From the NCBI GenBank assembly GCA_001643675.2, contig LSRY02000034.1, positions 1,031,895 to 1,095,894 of the forward strand: 64,000 nucleotides of DNA, given 5' to 3'. This document shows, in pieces, positions 39,350 through 50,832 of this stretch. The first letter of the stretch is position 1. The number at the start of each line of letters is the position of its first letter. The translations under genes were made by a program, and so were the position numbers. A model generated the notes under the pieces. The model ran no database searches and was not told the origin of the DNA. It saw only the letters and a program-made list of their open reading frames with translations. The stretch is from Monocercomonoides exilis PA203. Lineage: Eukaryota > Protista > Preaxostyla.

Positions 39350-41000
39350 TTGGATATGAAGATGAAATATCCGATTAATTGTGAAGTGCACAATAAAAAT
39401 GTGTTGTATCAGAGGAAGATGAAGATAACATTAATAATTCCTCTTCGCTTTCACTTTCTCTCTCCTTCCTCTTTCTCTCCCCCTTCTTCATCTTATCTCC
39501 ATCTTTATTTCCATCACTTCCCTTCTCTCTGCACGCACGCCTTCTCCAAAACCCCTCTTCCATCAGCGCTTCTGTCTCTTCGCTCTGTACAACCCACTCT
39601 TCACACAGCTCCCTGCTTTTCACATTATACCTCGGTGAAACCACTGCTGCCACCCTGTTCAAAAATGTCATTCAAACAGACAATACAATACGATCACATT
39701 TGTACTCCGCTCCTCCTCTTCTGCAATTGCTCCATTTCCAGTGCTCTTCCGTTCTTTGCTGTTACAACATCTCTTCTTCTCGTTCTTCTTTGGAATCTTC
39801 ATTTCAATCAGCCATTCTATTGCCTCATTTTCATCTCTCTTCCATCTTCTTTATCATCATCTCCACAATATGCTCTTTTCAGTAGTGGAAGCGCAATCGA
39901 CAGAATTCCCCTGAACTTCATCAGCATCTCATAGAGCGAGTTGACACACGTCACCGCCACGAAATACGCTGCCAGCGCCAACAGAACACATGGCAGCACA
40001 TCATTCGGTAACTACATCACATTCACAAAAAAATAGAGCAGGCAATATTATGTACTTCACAGCCTCCAGATGCTCTGCTGCCACATGCGCTCAAAAGATC
40101 GTGGTGCAATGTAATTGACCAGATGCTGCAGGGTGCAGCGCCTCTCCACACACGCGCTCCATCAGCGACCCCGAAGCAAACGAAGGTATCATTATACCTG
40201 CGGGAACAGCCTGCGAAATTGACATCTGCTGGGATGCATGTTTCACAACCAGGCACGCACACATACTCCGCTCCCAAGTCTCACATACCTGCAGCAATAC
40301 CTCAGTCTGCACATATGCCTGTAGCAGTGCCTTAAACAGTATCGTGTCGTCTGTCCCAATGTCTATCCCTGTCGAGAACACAAATGAAGAAGTCGAAAAA
40401 GAGGCAGAATGGTGCGAAAATGTTTCTATTCGTCGGGTTCTGATTGAGAATAAAAAAAAGAGGAAACGCATTATTTCACAAAAATATCAAAAGAAAATAA
40501 TTAAAAAAATATTGAAAATATAATAATTCATGCCTTTGAATTCTTCAATCCCAGTGTTTTAGATCAAACAAATTTATTATAATCGACTCAATTTTCTTTC
40601 TTCTCTTCCTCTTCTTCTACGGTAGCATCGCAATTATCAAATCCAAAGACCACCTCCCTGATTAACTTCCTTCCTTCATTCTTTTCCATCCCTCCCTCTC
40701 TCTCATTCACCCTTCTCACTCTTCTCACTCTTCTCGATAAGCTCCAACAATTCTTTGCCTGTTAAAACACTTGCAAAATGAAGAGGAAACTGCTGCATCG
40801 ATGAAAGCTGTTAGAATACAAAGTGGAAGAACATTCAGTCAATGAGCGGAAAAATGAGAGAAGGAAGAGAGAAGGAAGGATAATGGAAGAGTGATAATTG
40901 ATGAGAAGCATTTTGCATGTGCTCTGATTGCATGCACCTGCCGCAAATGAAAAGAGTTGAGAATTCTCATTCGCAAGTCAGTGCAGCTCGAGATTACTCC
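39350..41000 (-). pseudogene. Highly decayed fragment of a single-pass membrane protein gene
   Basis: Coding-like short ORFs in shifting frames, including the TM-like MLPCVLLALAAYFVAVTCV; no intact frame. Confidence 0.3.
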
Positions 41001-41389
41001 TGAAGAGATGGCTATATAACAGAGAAGATGCAGATATTCAGAAAGAAGAAGAGGAGGTGAAATTGCAAGAGAAGATGCGTTTGATAGTCAAATGAATTTT
41101 TCACAAACAGAAATACCAAATTGTCAACGTCAAGCTTGCTGTTTGATAACATTCCAAATTCTTTCAGAGCAGAATTCAGATGCAGCTGGACAGAAAATTG
41201 TTTGATATCCGAAAAGTATTCAATAATTGAATGTCTCGTTGTTGGCGTTTCTCCACTCTTTTGAAGCAATAGCGGAATCAGAAATAGAATTTCGTCGCTT
41301 TCCATGTCTGTCTGGCCAGTCCGAGCAACAGGAAAATCTAACAAATAAAACCAATATATTGGGGTTTTCCTTTTTTTCGTTGAATTCTT

Positions 41390-41390
<1 letters not shown>

Positions 41391-41451
<61 letters not shown>
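41391..41451. repeat. Poly-T run (~61 nt)
   Basis: Read directly from the sequence. Confidence 0.9.
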
Positions 41452-41452
<1 letters not shown>

Positions 41453-42257
41453 GTGATTAATATCCTTCCCCTTGGTTGGCAAGCCACTTTCCTTGTCAAA
41501 AAAATACCACAAACTGCTCCCCCTGCCTAGCATTCCAAAATACTATATTATTTTGTGCAGATTTTGTCCTTCACAGAATTCCATCCATAAATCTTCATTC
41601 AACAAAATATCAGTTGAATTTGTTTTCATCTCTTGCTCCAAATAAAAAAATCATATATCTTGCGTAACTTCATTTATTTCCAAATTGCTATACAATAATC
41701 TGCTCCGTTTTCATCGTGTTGCTCTCCAAAGCGGAGATTGGCCATTTCAACAATAAGCAGGATTTCTGGACTCTGGAGAGGATACAGATAGAAATATCTT
41801 CACAACATATAGAACAATATAAATTACATACATTATGTCTTTTTGCGTCTAAATAAAATTGTTGTATTCCCGTTGGTCTTCCAATTACAAAAATTATGAT
41901 TTAGAATTTCAAAATTGTTACAACTCCACCATTTCTTGTTACCTCCATAGGAAATAATATTCCTAGTTCTATAGTAAATGTTCATCCACAGAATTCTCAT
42001 TTTGTTAGCCTATGTCCCTTTTGAAACATCCAATTGGATCAATACTTCCATAATAACAAACCAAAATAAGATTAATAATTATTTCTTTTTGTAATTCTTT
42101 GTCAAAATGCCAAAACAAAAAAGGAAGGTGCGAACAGGTATATTTTCTTGAATATTTTGAGTATTGATTTTGCACCAATTTACTTCTATCCAAACATATT
42201 TGAATTCAATGTGAATATCATAGTGGTGTTGTTTTCTTGTTCAATTTTTTTTTAAAA

Positions 42258-43669
42258 ATGCAGGCAACTGGTGCCACAAAAAAGTTCAATAGTCTGCATT
42301 CATTTTTGCATTTTAATTCTTGTCTATTGAATTTCTTTCTTTGAAGAATTATATTCAAAACTGGAGCATTGCAGCGAGGATGAGCAGAAACAGAAAATCT
42401 TTGAAATGAATGAAAAGATGGAGTTAATGGGCAAAGAAGAATTCAAATCTGTTTTCACAAAAGAACTATTCGATAAAATGCACAAGATGATTGAAGAAAA
42501 GGAAATTTCAATTGAAAATGCAATTTTGTTGCTAAAGCGCATTGGATATTTAAAAATTATCAAAGGAATCCCAGATTTTCGATTTAACTGTTTTTTACTC
42601 AACGAAAGAATTGAAAGGATGATTTTGGAAGAAGAAAAGAAAAAAGAAGAAAAGAATGAGAAACTTTTGATTGATCTTTGCGAATACTATTTATTGAGCA
42701 AAGAGTGTTCTTTCCCAGAAAATATAATAAGCATTTGAACGCGTTGCCTTCTGAAAGCTGCATTGAACAAGGAGGAAAACGAGGAATCGCAAAAAGAAGT
42801 GGAAATGGCTTTCATAGCTTTAAGTCACATTAGCCAATATTGCGTATGTTCACTTCTTTTTCATTTTTGAAGTTATTTATTTGTTTTTCTTGTATTTTTA
42901 TAAGGAAATTGAACAAAAACTGTACTTGAAGGAAATCAAAGAAATCATCAAATATCACCAGGAACATCACAATCTGACTCAACTCGCCTATCAGTGTGCT
43001 TGGCAGTTTTTGATAAAAAGATTTAACAATGACAAAAGCTTGGAAGAAGTGATTACAAATGAACTTTATTTTGCAAGAGAAGCAGCAAAAGAACAGAAAG
43101 AGCTAGTAAAGAGTGTGGATTTTAAGAGGAAAGAAGATGAAAGAGGAAAAGAAACAAAAGAAGAGCTTGCTTTATCAAGATGGATCGATGTAATTGTAAA
43201 TTTCTTGTCATGGTTCAAATTGAGAAATGAAGAACTTGCTGGGCTCATCAGCAGCATTGTTCAGGTGTTTCGAGAATCAAGAGATAATTACCCAGATACA
43301 AGCAATGAATGCATAATTTCTTTAAGACATGCAGCAAGAAATAGAAATGTGAAAATTGATACTTTTGCAAGGGAAGGAGTCATCATTTTGTTTTCAGAAG
43401 AAATGAAACAAGCATCTTTGAATGATGAAATTATGTGGAATTGCTTGCTTTTCTTTTTGAATATTACGGAAAAATTGAAAAAAGAGGAAGATGATGAATT
43501 GGAAGAAGAAGAAAGAAAAGAATCAAAAAAGAAAGTGCTTGAAAAGATGGAAGAAGAAGGATACGAAGAAATTATTCTAAGCTTTTATGAAAGATTTGAT
43601 TTTCTTCGCAAAAAATATTATTGTGACGATTTATCATTGAATATTTCAGATTATTTTGCATTCGTTTGA
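42258..43669 (+). pseudogene. Lineage-expanded family, copy 3; exons 42258-42291, 42347-42843, 42905-43669; one in-frame TGA at 42736-42738
   Basis: The spliced frame reads MQATGATKKFNKLYSKLEHCSEDEQKQKIFEMN...ISI*TRCLLKAALNKEENEESQKEVEMAFIAL...EKMEEEGYEE. Confidence 0.7.
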
Positions 43670-43863
43670 AACAAAAGAGCTTTTTCTATTTCTGACTTTT
43701 CTGAAATTGCATTTGTTCAGCCAGAAGAAGAAACGAAACAGAAGAAGAAGAATTAGAGAGGAAGAATTTGATAACAATCCGAAAAGAGTTTTTTTCAGCG
43801 ATACGGGCAACACCAATTCATTCTTCATCTATCTCGTTCAACAACTTCTTCAACAACAATTAT

Positions 43864-44098
43864 TCCTTCTCCTTCTCCTTCTTCATCCTCCTCTTCCTCT
43901 TCCTCTTCCTCTTCCTCTTCTTCTTCTTCTTCTTCCTTCTTCTTCTTCTTCTTCTTCTTCCTTCTTCTTCTTCTTCTTCTTCTTCCATTTTCTTCTTCTC
44001 CTTCTTCTTCTTCTTCTTCTTCTTCTTCTTCTTCTTCTTCTTCTTCTTCTCCCGTCATCATTTCCCCTTCTCCTTCTCTCTCCTTCTCTCCTTCTTTC
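43864..44098. repeat. (CTT)n pyrimidine-rich microsatellite
   Basis: Read directly from the sequence. Confidence 0.9.
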
Positions 44099-44109
44099 AC
44101 CAGCCGCAT

Positions 44110-45312
44110 AATTAATTCCGCACTTCGGTCAAACGGCCCACCGCCTCTTCCTCCATCGATGCTTCATCTGCTCGAAATGCTGACACCAAAATCTGAAGAG
44201 AAAGACAAACACGAAGAAGAAATTGAGATTTTGAATTCTTCTTCTTCTTCTGCTGCTACTTCTTTCTTCTTCTGTGTCATCTCCTCCTCCCATGTCTTTT
44301 CCTTCTTCTTCTGCTTCTTCGAATTATTATTCTTCTAGCTCCTCAAGAACAACCTGTACAATCACTGCAGGCCACAGAACGACAACCTCCACCCTCAGCC
44401 CCTCCGCCTCCAGAGCCTTCTCCACAATCTCCCCCACTTCGCACACTGTAACCCCTCGCCCCATCACTTCGTCGTCCAGCGTCACTCACACGCCTCGACT
44501 GCAGCTATCTCCGATGGTATCAGCGACGGGTCAAACAGATCGTAGATCGACGGGAACGCATTCACATCCGCCTCCGCAACGATCCACTTGCTCCCCGACT
44601 TCTTTCTCACTGATGCTGCAAGTGAACGAAAGCAGCGCAACTAGCGGAACCGAAAGCATCTCCAAAAGCGCCACATCATACGCACACACAACATCCCCAT
44701 TCAACACTACCCTCCGCGTCACGCCATATCCCTCGCAGCGTCTACAGCGACAGTGGTATGTGCCGCGCATACACCCCTGTCGCATCTGGCACCACAATCC
44801 GCAGCCGCCTCTCGATGTGGTCCATCGCTCCTTCCGATGTGTATGACGCCTCCAGCGCTGACGCATCCGAAGGGTCAATCGCAGGCGCTGATGACGAAGA
44901 TGAAGATGAAGATGGCTTTTCATCTCCTGCTGCTTTCTTCTCTTCGCTTTTCCGCTTTTGGAATGGTCAAGAAGGCAAATAATACAAAAAGTGCTGAGAG
45001 AAGAAAGGACTGCTGCACTTCGAAGGAAACAAGAAGCTTTTTCAGATAGCCCACCTTGTCTGCCGGCAGCTCCACCGTCCACACAAACACAGCATCCACA
45101 TTCCAATCACAAATGTTAACCAGCTGCAAAAGCTCTCCATTCCCCAGAGATGTCTAAAAGATGGAACAAAAAAAATTTTTTTGCTTGGAGATAAATATGA
45201 GTGAAGAAAAAAAAGAAGTTGATAATAATGAGATGAAAAAGAAGAAGATAAAGATGAAGAAGAAGAAGATAAAGAAGGAGAAGGAGAAGGAGAAGAGAAA
45301 AAACAAGCTGTT

Positions 45313-45347
<35 letters not shown>

Positions 45348-48300
45348 AGAGAAGGATATGAAAGAAAGAGAAGAATAAAGAAGAGGAAGAAGAGAAAGAG
45401 AAGAAACAGAAGAAATCTTTTTATTTCTGTTTGCACTGAGCGGCGGTTGAAACAGGAATACACGCAAAAGAGAAGAAGACCCCTTCAGCTCCGAAAATCG
45501 TATTGCAGAGATGCTTTTGAACAACATTCTCAAAAATATCTTTCGGTCTGGTTCTCTGAAGCTGTCATCCCATTCTCTGTCTTCGTCTCCCTCACCCAAC
45601 ATCCCCTTCATCCCTCCATCCAAATCATCTCCATCCAAATCCTGCAGCCCATCCAACCCGCCAAACTTACCCTTCTTCGACGACATCCACCCTTCATGTC
45701 CTCTTTCTCCTTCATTTGGATCTTGCATCCCCAAAGGAGGCAGACGAACTGCGCTGCCTTGCTTGTTCATTGCTCCAGTTGGAATAAGCCCTTGAATTCC
45801 CGGAATCTACTGTGATTGCATAGACCACTGTTGCACTATTCCCTGTTGAGAATACAATGGAACTGAAACGGAGCCAGAACCAGAAGAAGAGCCAGAAGAC
45901 GGATTCAACAAGGGAGGAAGAGACACATTCACTCCGCTCACTTCATCTGCATCAGTCATCCTCCTTCCTCCAGCACTGCTGCTTCGCGACCCTCTCAGCG
46001 GTCCCAAGTTCCCTTTGTTCTCTCTTGGTGTTCCTTTCATGGCAGACATCGTTGGAATGAGTTTGAACATCCCAAACGCTTCTCTCTCCTTCTCCTTCTG
46101 CAAAATCCTGATCTTCTGCTCCTCTTTTGCCTGCGCTGCTATCTCCAGTGCCTGCTTCGTGGTTTCATTGAGTGGAATGCCACTGGCCAATGTTCGTGAC
46201 TGCAGTGTTGACGCAGCAGCTGCTGAAAGCGGATTAACAGGCTGCCTCGCCAGCGCCAACAGAAACTGGTTCTCTTCGTTTCTCGCTTTTTCCAGTACAA
46301 AGCGGAACTGCTCAAGTCGTGTGGCTATTTGAATGCCCTGCGACTTCGTGATGCGCTCAATGACACTTACTCTCGGTGGCTGTTTGCTGGTGCTTGGTTG
46401 ATGCGGGGCAATTGCCAGTGAGAAGGAAGAGGAAGACTGAGAAGGCACAGGATACGAAGAAGAAGGAAGGCCTTTGATTTTTCCCAGTTGAGAGTGCTGC
46501 GTGGATAGTGAGGAGATAATGGAATGATCATGAATGCTGCCTGAGTTAAAGTTGGATGCAACAACAACAGAAGAAGAAGGAGAAGAAACATTCACAGAAG
46601 ATGAACGACGAGCTAAATGGAAACGATGATACGAAAAGATCTGATTAACTTCTGAACTTGCACCAACACCATTAATGGAAGAAGAAGACGATGAAGAATT
46701 CTGATTTGCAATTGAAGAGTTTGATATCGAAGAAGTGAAGATCGCTTTTCTAATGTTGCACTGAAGTGAAGTATCCACAACCTGAGCAGCTATCGGTGCA
46801 TGCAGCTCCACAACACACACACATCTCTCTCCTTCTGCAATCTCTCCTCTGATCGGCCGAATCGTCACAACCTGTGACTTGATAAGCGGATGGCTGTCTT
46901 CCTTGTCAAACAGGATGCCTCTCTTCTTTCCTTTCTCATACGCCCTCTTTTGCAGTGCAGGGTGCCTCCTCACACGCGGACACACCAGACACACCAGCCT
47001 CAGCTCGATGCTCCCACCCGCCACGCTCCCAAAGCCAACTCGCTCATGTGACAATAAGCACAGCTGGCCAGGAAGCGGAGAAAGAGGAGGGAATTGTTGT
47101 CTTTTTCTCATCCACAAGTGGCTCTGCTCCTTCCTTCGCGATGAAACCGTCTCCTGCCAGCAGCGCTTGCAGCACAGTTTCCATGTGAGTTATTCCTTCT
47201 GTTCCATCACTTCCTCCTGCTCCTGCTCCTTGTGCTCCTCCTTGTGCTCCACCAACACCCATCCCTATTCCATTGTTGGACGATGGTGAATGATTCGTTC
47301 CATTCACATTCCCATCTCCTCCCCCTGCTCCTCCTCCAACATTCGCGTTCATTACACTCATCGAGCTGTATCTGCTTCCCAGCTTGATCGGAATCCTCAC
47401 CAAATATCCTCTTTGCATCAGTGGACGGAAGCGCCAGTATATCGTCTGCTTTCCATACGCTGGCACAATCCCCCTTGTGACAGGGCACTCAAACAGAGGG
47501 AAATCCGATGCTGAAGCATTCAGCCGCTCCATGTCAGTCAGGTCGAGTCTGTAGTCGATGCTCGCCCCGCCTTCGTTCAGCAGTACAATCGACTGCATCG
47601 GCTCATCCACCTCTCTGATGGGTACCTACACCAGAAAGCATATTTCCGTAGCTTCTTCTCCTTGCCCGCTTTCGAGCACAACATGCGCATCAGTTGGACT
47701 CAGCGTCTGGCACGCTATCTCCAAAACGACTTGCTTCCCGCCGCCCAGCAGCTGCCAGATGAACGATGCCTGGTGCATTCCCTCGCTGTGGTGGTTGCAC
47801 GAAAATCTCACTACACATTCTTCTCCTGTCTCAAGATGGCCCTCACGCGGCTCAATCGAAATGGCACTCATTCCAACTCCGTTAGCCTCCTGGTTTTCCA
47901 CCACTTCCGTCTCCTCCATTGTTATCATCATTTCTTCCTCCTTCTCCTCCACTTGCACCTCCGCCTCTATTATCACCCAAACCCATCCCTCCCATCTGAT
48001 GCATCATCCCCTTCCTCAGATCTCTTTCCTCCACCCAATACTCCACTCTCACATTAAAATTTGAAAAATTGTATTCGTCAATCAATTGGATATTTTCACA
48101 TTGCTCTGTACACGCACAAATACCTCTATGTCTTTGCTTCCCAGCGGAGCAGCACCCAAATAGAATGGCAGGTGTAGCAGATTCCGCAGCAAGCGCATGT
48201 CAGCATCTGTGTAGAGCAGTCAATTGAAGCGGTTGAATGTCTCGTAGGCAAATGCAGACTCGTGGGTTTACTCGATGTTCAAATGGTTCAAAAAAGGATC

Positions 48301-48370
48301 TTTCCACAGAATTTCCTTTTCTGTGTTGTGGCGGGACACATCCGCGACACCCGTGGAGGGATGGGCTTCA
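44110..48370 (-). pseudogene. CFAP65: 5'-truncated, disrupted copy of a CFAP65 (CCDC108)-like ciliary ASH/MSP-domain gene
   Basis: ISIEPREGHLETGEECVVRFSCNH, QSIVLLNEGGASIDYRLD...FPLFECPVTRGIVPAYGKQTIYWRFRPL and PGQLCLLSHERVGFG resemble the C-terminal part of CFAP65 (from recall). There are in-frame TAG stops (47626-47628, 45807-45809), a frameshift near 47100 and several stops beyond 47980. Confidence 0.6.
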
Positions 48371-49653
48371 ATCAAAATATGAGCAAACTATTTAATAAGT
48401 GTGTTAATTGCTATTCGTTGGACAAAAATACAATCTGATACAGAAATGTTGCCTTGCTGAAATTATGTTGCAATGTGGTTGAGTGTTTTCAGCAGGCTTG
48501 GCTAGTGAATGCACAGAAGATAAAGGAAGCTGCAATTTCAATTTCTGTTTATTCGAATGAAAGTTAAAGAGGAAGAAAGAGAAGCAGATTACTCCGATAT
48601 ATTACCACAATGTTGCAAGAAGTTCTTTCTGTAGAAAGTGGCAAACAGAAAAGTCGATGAGAATACTAAATACGAAAGAGAAATAACCAAATTCTTCTAT
48701 TTTTTGAGCTGATAGAAACAATCTCTTTTTTAATTTTCTCGCCAAATGAGCAGATTTATCAGATTTTTGATGCCTTTTTGCTCAACTCCTTCGGATTCTT
48801 CGCTTCGAACAAAATAAAATACAAGTCCTTCTCTTTCTTCGGTGACTTCTTCATTCTTTCTCCAACCAGTTTAGAGAAATCGAAGAGCTTTGGTCCTCAA
48901 TTTTCGAGCAACTCTTCAAAATTAACGCAGCTTCCATCATCTTCAAATTAAATGTCTCTCTTTTCTGAACTTCAGCCACCTTTCAGCCATTGATACTGCT
49001 TCATTCATGGAATGATCTTCCCATGTTCAAAGAATACATTCCTGATTGTTGTCTTTCATATAGGATATTTGTTCTTCTGATGTTTTATCATCTTCTTGGA
49101 ATGCGTTCTTCTGACAAATGAGGAATAAAGTGAAAGATAACTTTGGAAACTGACAATGAATTGAGGAAGATTTCGAGTTTTGAACGTTAATGTGTGGAAA
49201 AGGCAACTCACAAAACATGGATTGATGATTCTATTAAAAAGCTCAAAAAGAGGAAAACAATTTCGCAGAAAAATCAGTTTTAAAATTCAATTTCTTCGTT
49301 TTGTTCATCTTTCTCTTCAAAGCGTGCTTTTGCAACTTCTCCTCTTTCTTTGTAAACACAATTTTTTCTCTTTCACAAAAAATAAGCTTGCTGAATCAGT
49401 TTTATGGCCGAGCGATCAACGGATGTTTTACGATCTGTCACAGATGAGAATTAAATCATGAAAATACATGGAGTGAGAAGCAAAAGGAATTCTTTTTGAA
49501 TGTTAACATTCAACACACGATTTGAGAAGAGCCATCAAGTTAGGTATCAACGAGGCTTCAAAGTGAAGTTATTTAACCGCTTTTTGTAATATCTATTCCA
49601 GCAATCTTCTATCTTTTCATCATTTTCCTGTTATTTTGATGGGATCTACAGCC

Positions 49654-50307
49654 TCAGACACAGCGCATAATTTCAACCGAAAAGGCAACTGACTCTTTTG
49701 TTGCTCTCATCTTCTTGTTCATTTGCAGCTCAGGTGCTGTACATCTCAAACACTCTTTTTTGAAATCATCTTCATCCTTAAATGCAGATAAAGGCAAGGA
49801 GTCCTCATAATCATCGTCATTATCACTTGCAGATGTCACAACAGTTGATGATGAGATGGATGATGAATCAGAGTCATCTGATAAAAGATCTGAGTGCATC
49901 GCAATGCAGATGACCATATGCTCAGAGAACAGCACAATGTGTGGGCTCAGAGTGGAAAGAGAAGACAATCCATTTTCCATTTCGTCAAATGAGTGGATCA
50001 CAAGATTAACCACCCAGAACAGAATTTGGGCAACTGTGTGCTCCCTCTCCTGAAAAGTGACTATTGCCATTTCTTTCTTCTCATTCCTTCCGTGGAGCAG
50101 CATGAACAGAGAATCCCTCAGATCCACAATCAGCTTCTCATGAGGAGATGAACAGGCCATTGCAGCCAACAAGTAAGACATAGATGAAATTGTTGGACGC
50201 AGACTCTCAGATCGTACAAATGTTAATTCTGTTTTTGCTGTTGAAGTTGATGAGGTGGATGGTAATCTCTTCCTTGCCTCTTCTTTCTCATCAACCTTAT
50301 CCAACAC
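49654..50307 (-). CDS. Hypothetical protein exon, probably part of a decayed multi-exon gene
   Basis: 217-codon ORF with no recognisable motif; flanked by coding-like fragments that contain stops. Confidence 0.35.
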   Translation of the reverse strand: MLDKVDEKEEARKRLPSTSSTSTAKTELTFVRSESLRPTISSMSYLLAAMACSSPHEKLIVDLRDSLFMLLHGRNEKKEMAIVTFQEREHTVAQILFWVVNLVIHSFDEMENGLSSLSTLSPHIVLFSEHMVICIAMHSDLLSDDSDSSSISSSTVVTSASDNDDDYEDSLPLSAFKDEDDFKKECLRCTAPELQMNKKMRATKESVAFSVEIMRCV

Positions 50308-50832
50308 TCAAAATTATAATTTGAAAAAGAATGTTAATCATAATTAATTCTCAACCTATCATCTATCTTTTTTCATTTCTTCCGATTTCTTGACTGATTT
50401 TTCCGAGAAAAAAATAGATTTTACGATATCAGTTAATATTGCGAGATGGAAATGAATGGAAAAAATATTATTTCATCTGAGTCAATCAACTTGTGCATGT
50501 GGACATAATGATGAAAAAGAAAATCGATTTATTTGATGATTCTGAGAAAATAAAAAGACAAAAAGTGAAATGATTCACACATTTGGAAAGAAGATATCAA
50601 AGCAATGAGAAGGCAACAGAAGATATTCAAAAAAGAATGTTTTTTTTTTTGAAGCATGTCCAAATATCCATGGAAAAAAGAAAATCAATTCAAAAAAGAA
50701 AAGAAAGAACATTCCTATATCAAACATTTCATCTCGTAAATGACAAATGTTTTTGTTCAGATGCGCAATGAAATGTTGATTTGTTGAAGTTTAGAGAACG
50801 AATTTCATTTCCAAAGAGACACTCTTTAACAA

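Noticed and set aside
23071-41451. Long poly-A/T runs (23122, 36330, 41391) as retroposon tails
   Set aside because: No shared upstream body or target-site duplication could be identified
44110-48370. In-frame TAG/TAA codons suggesting a TAR=Gln genetic code (as in the oxymonad Streblomastix)
   Set aside because: XRN1 and the metacaspase gene run thousands of codons without TAA/TAG and end in TAA; this region also has frameshifts and TGA, so it is decay
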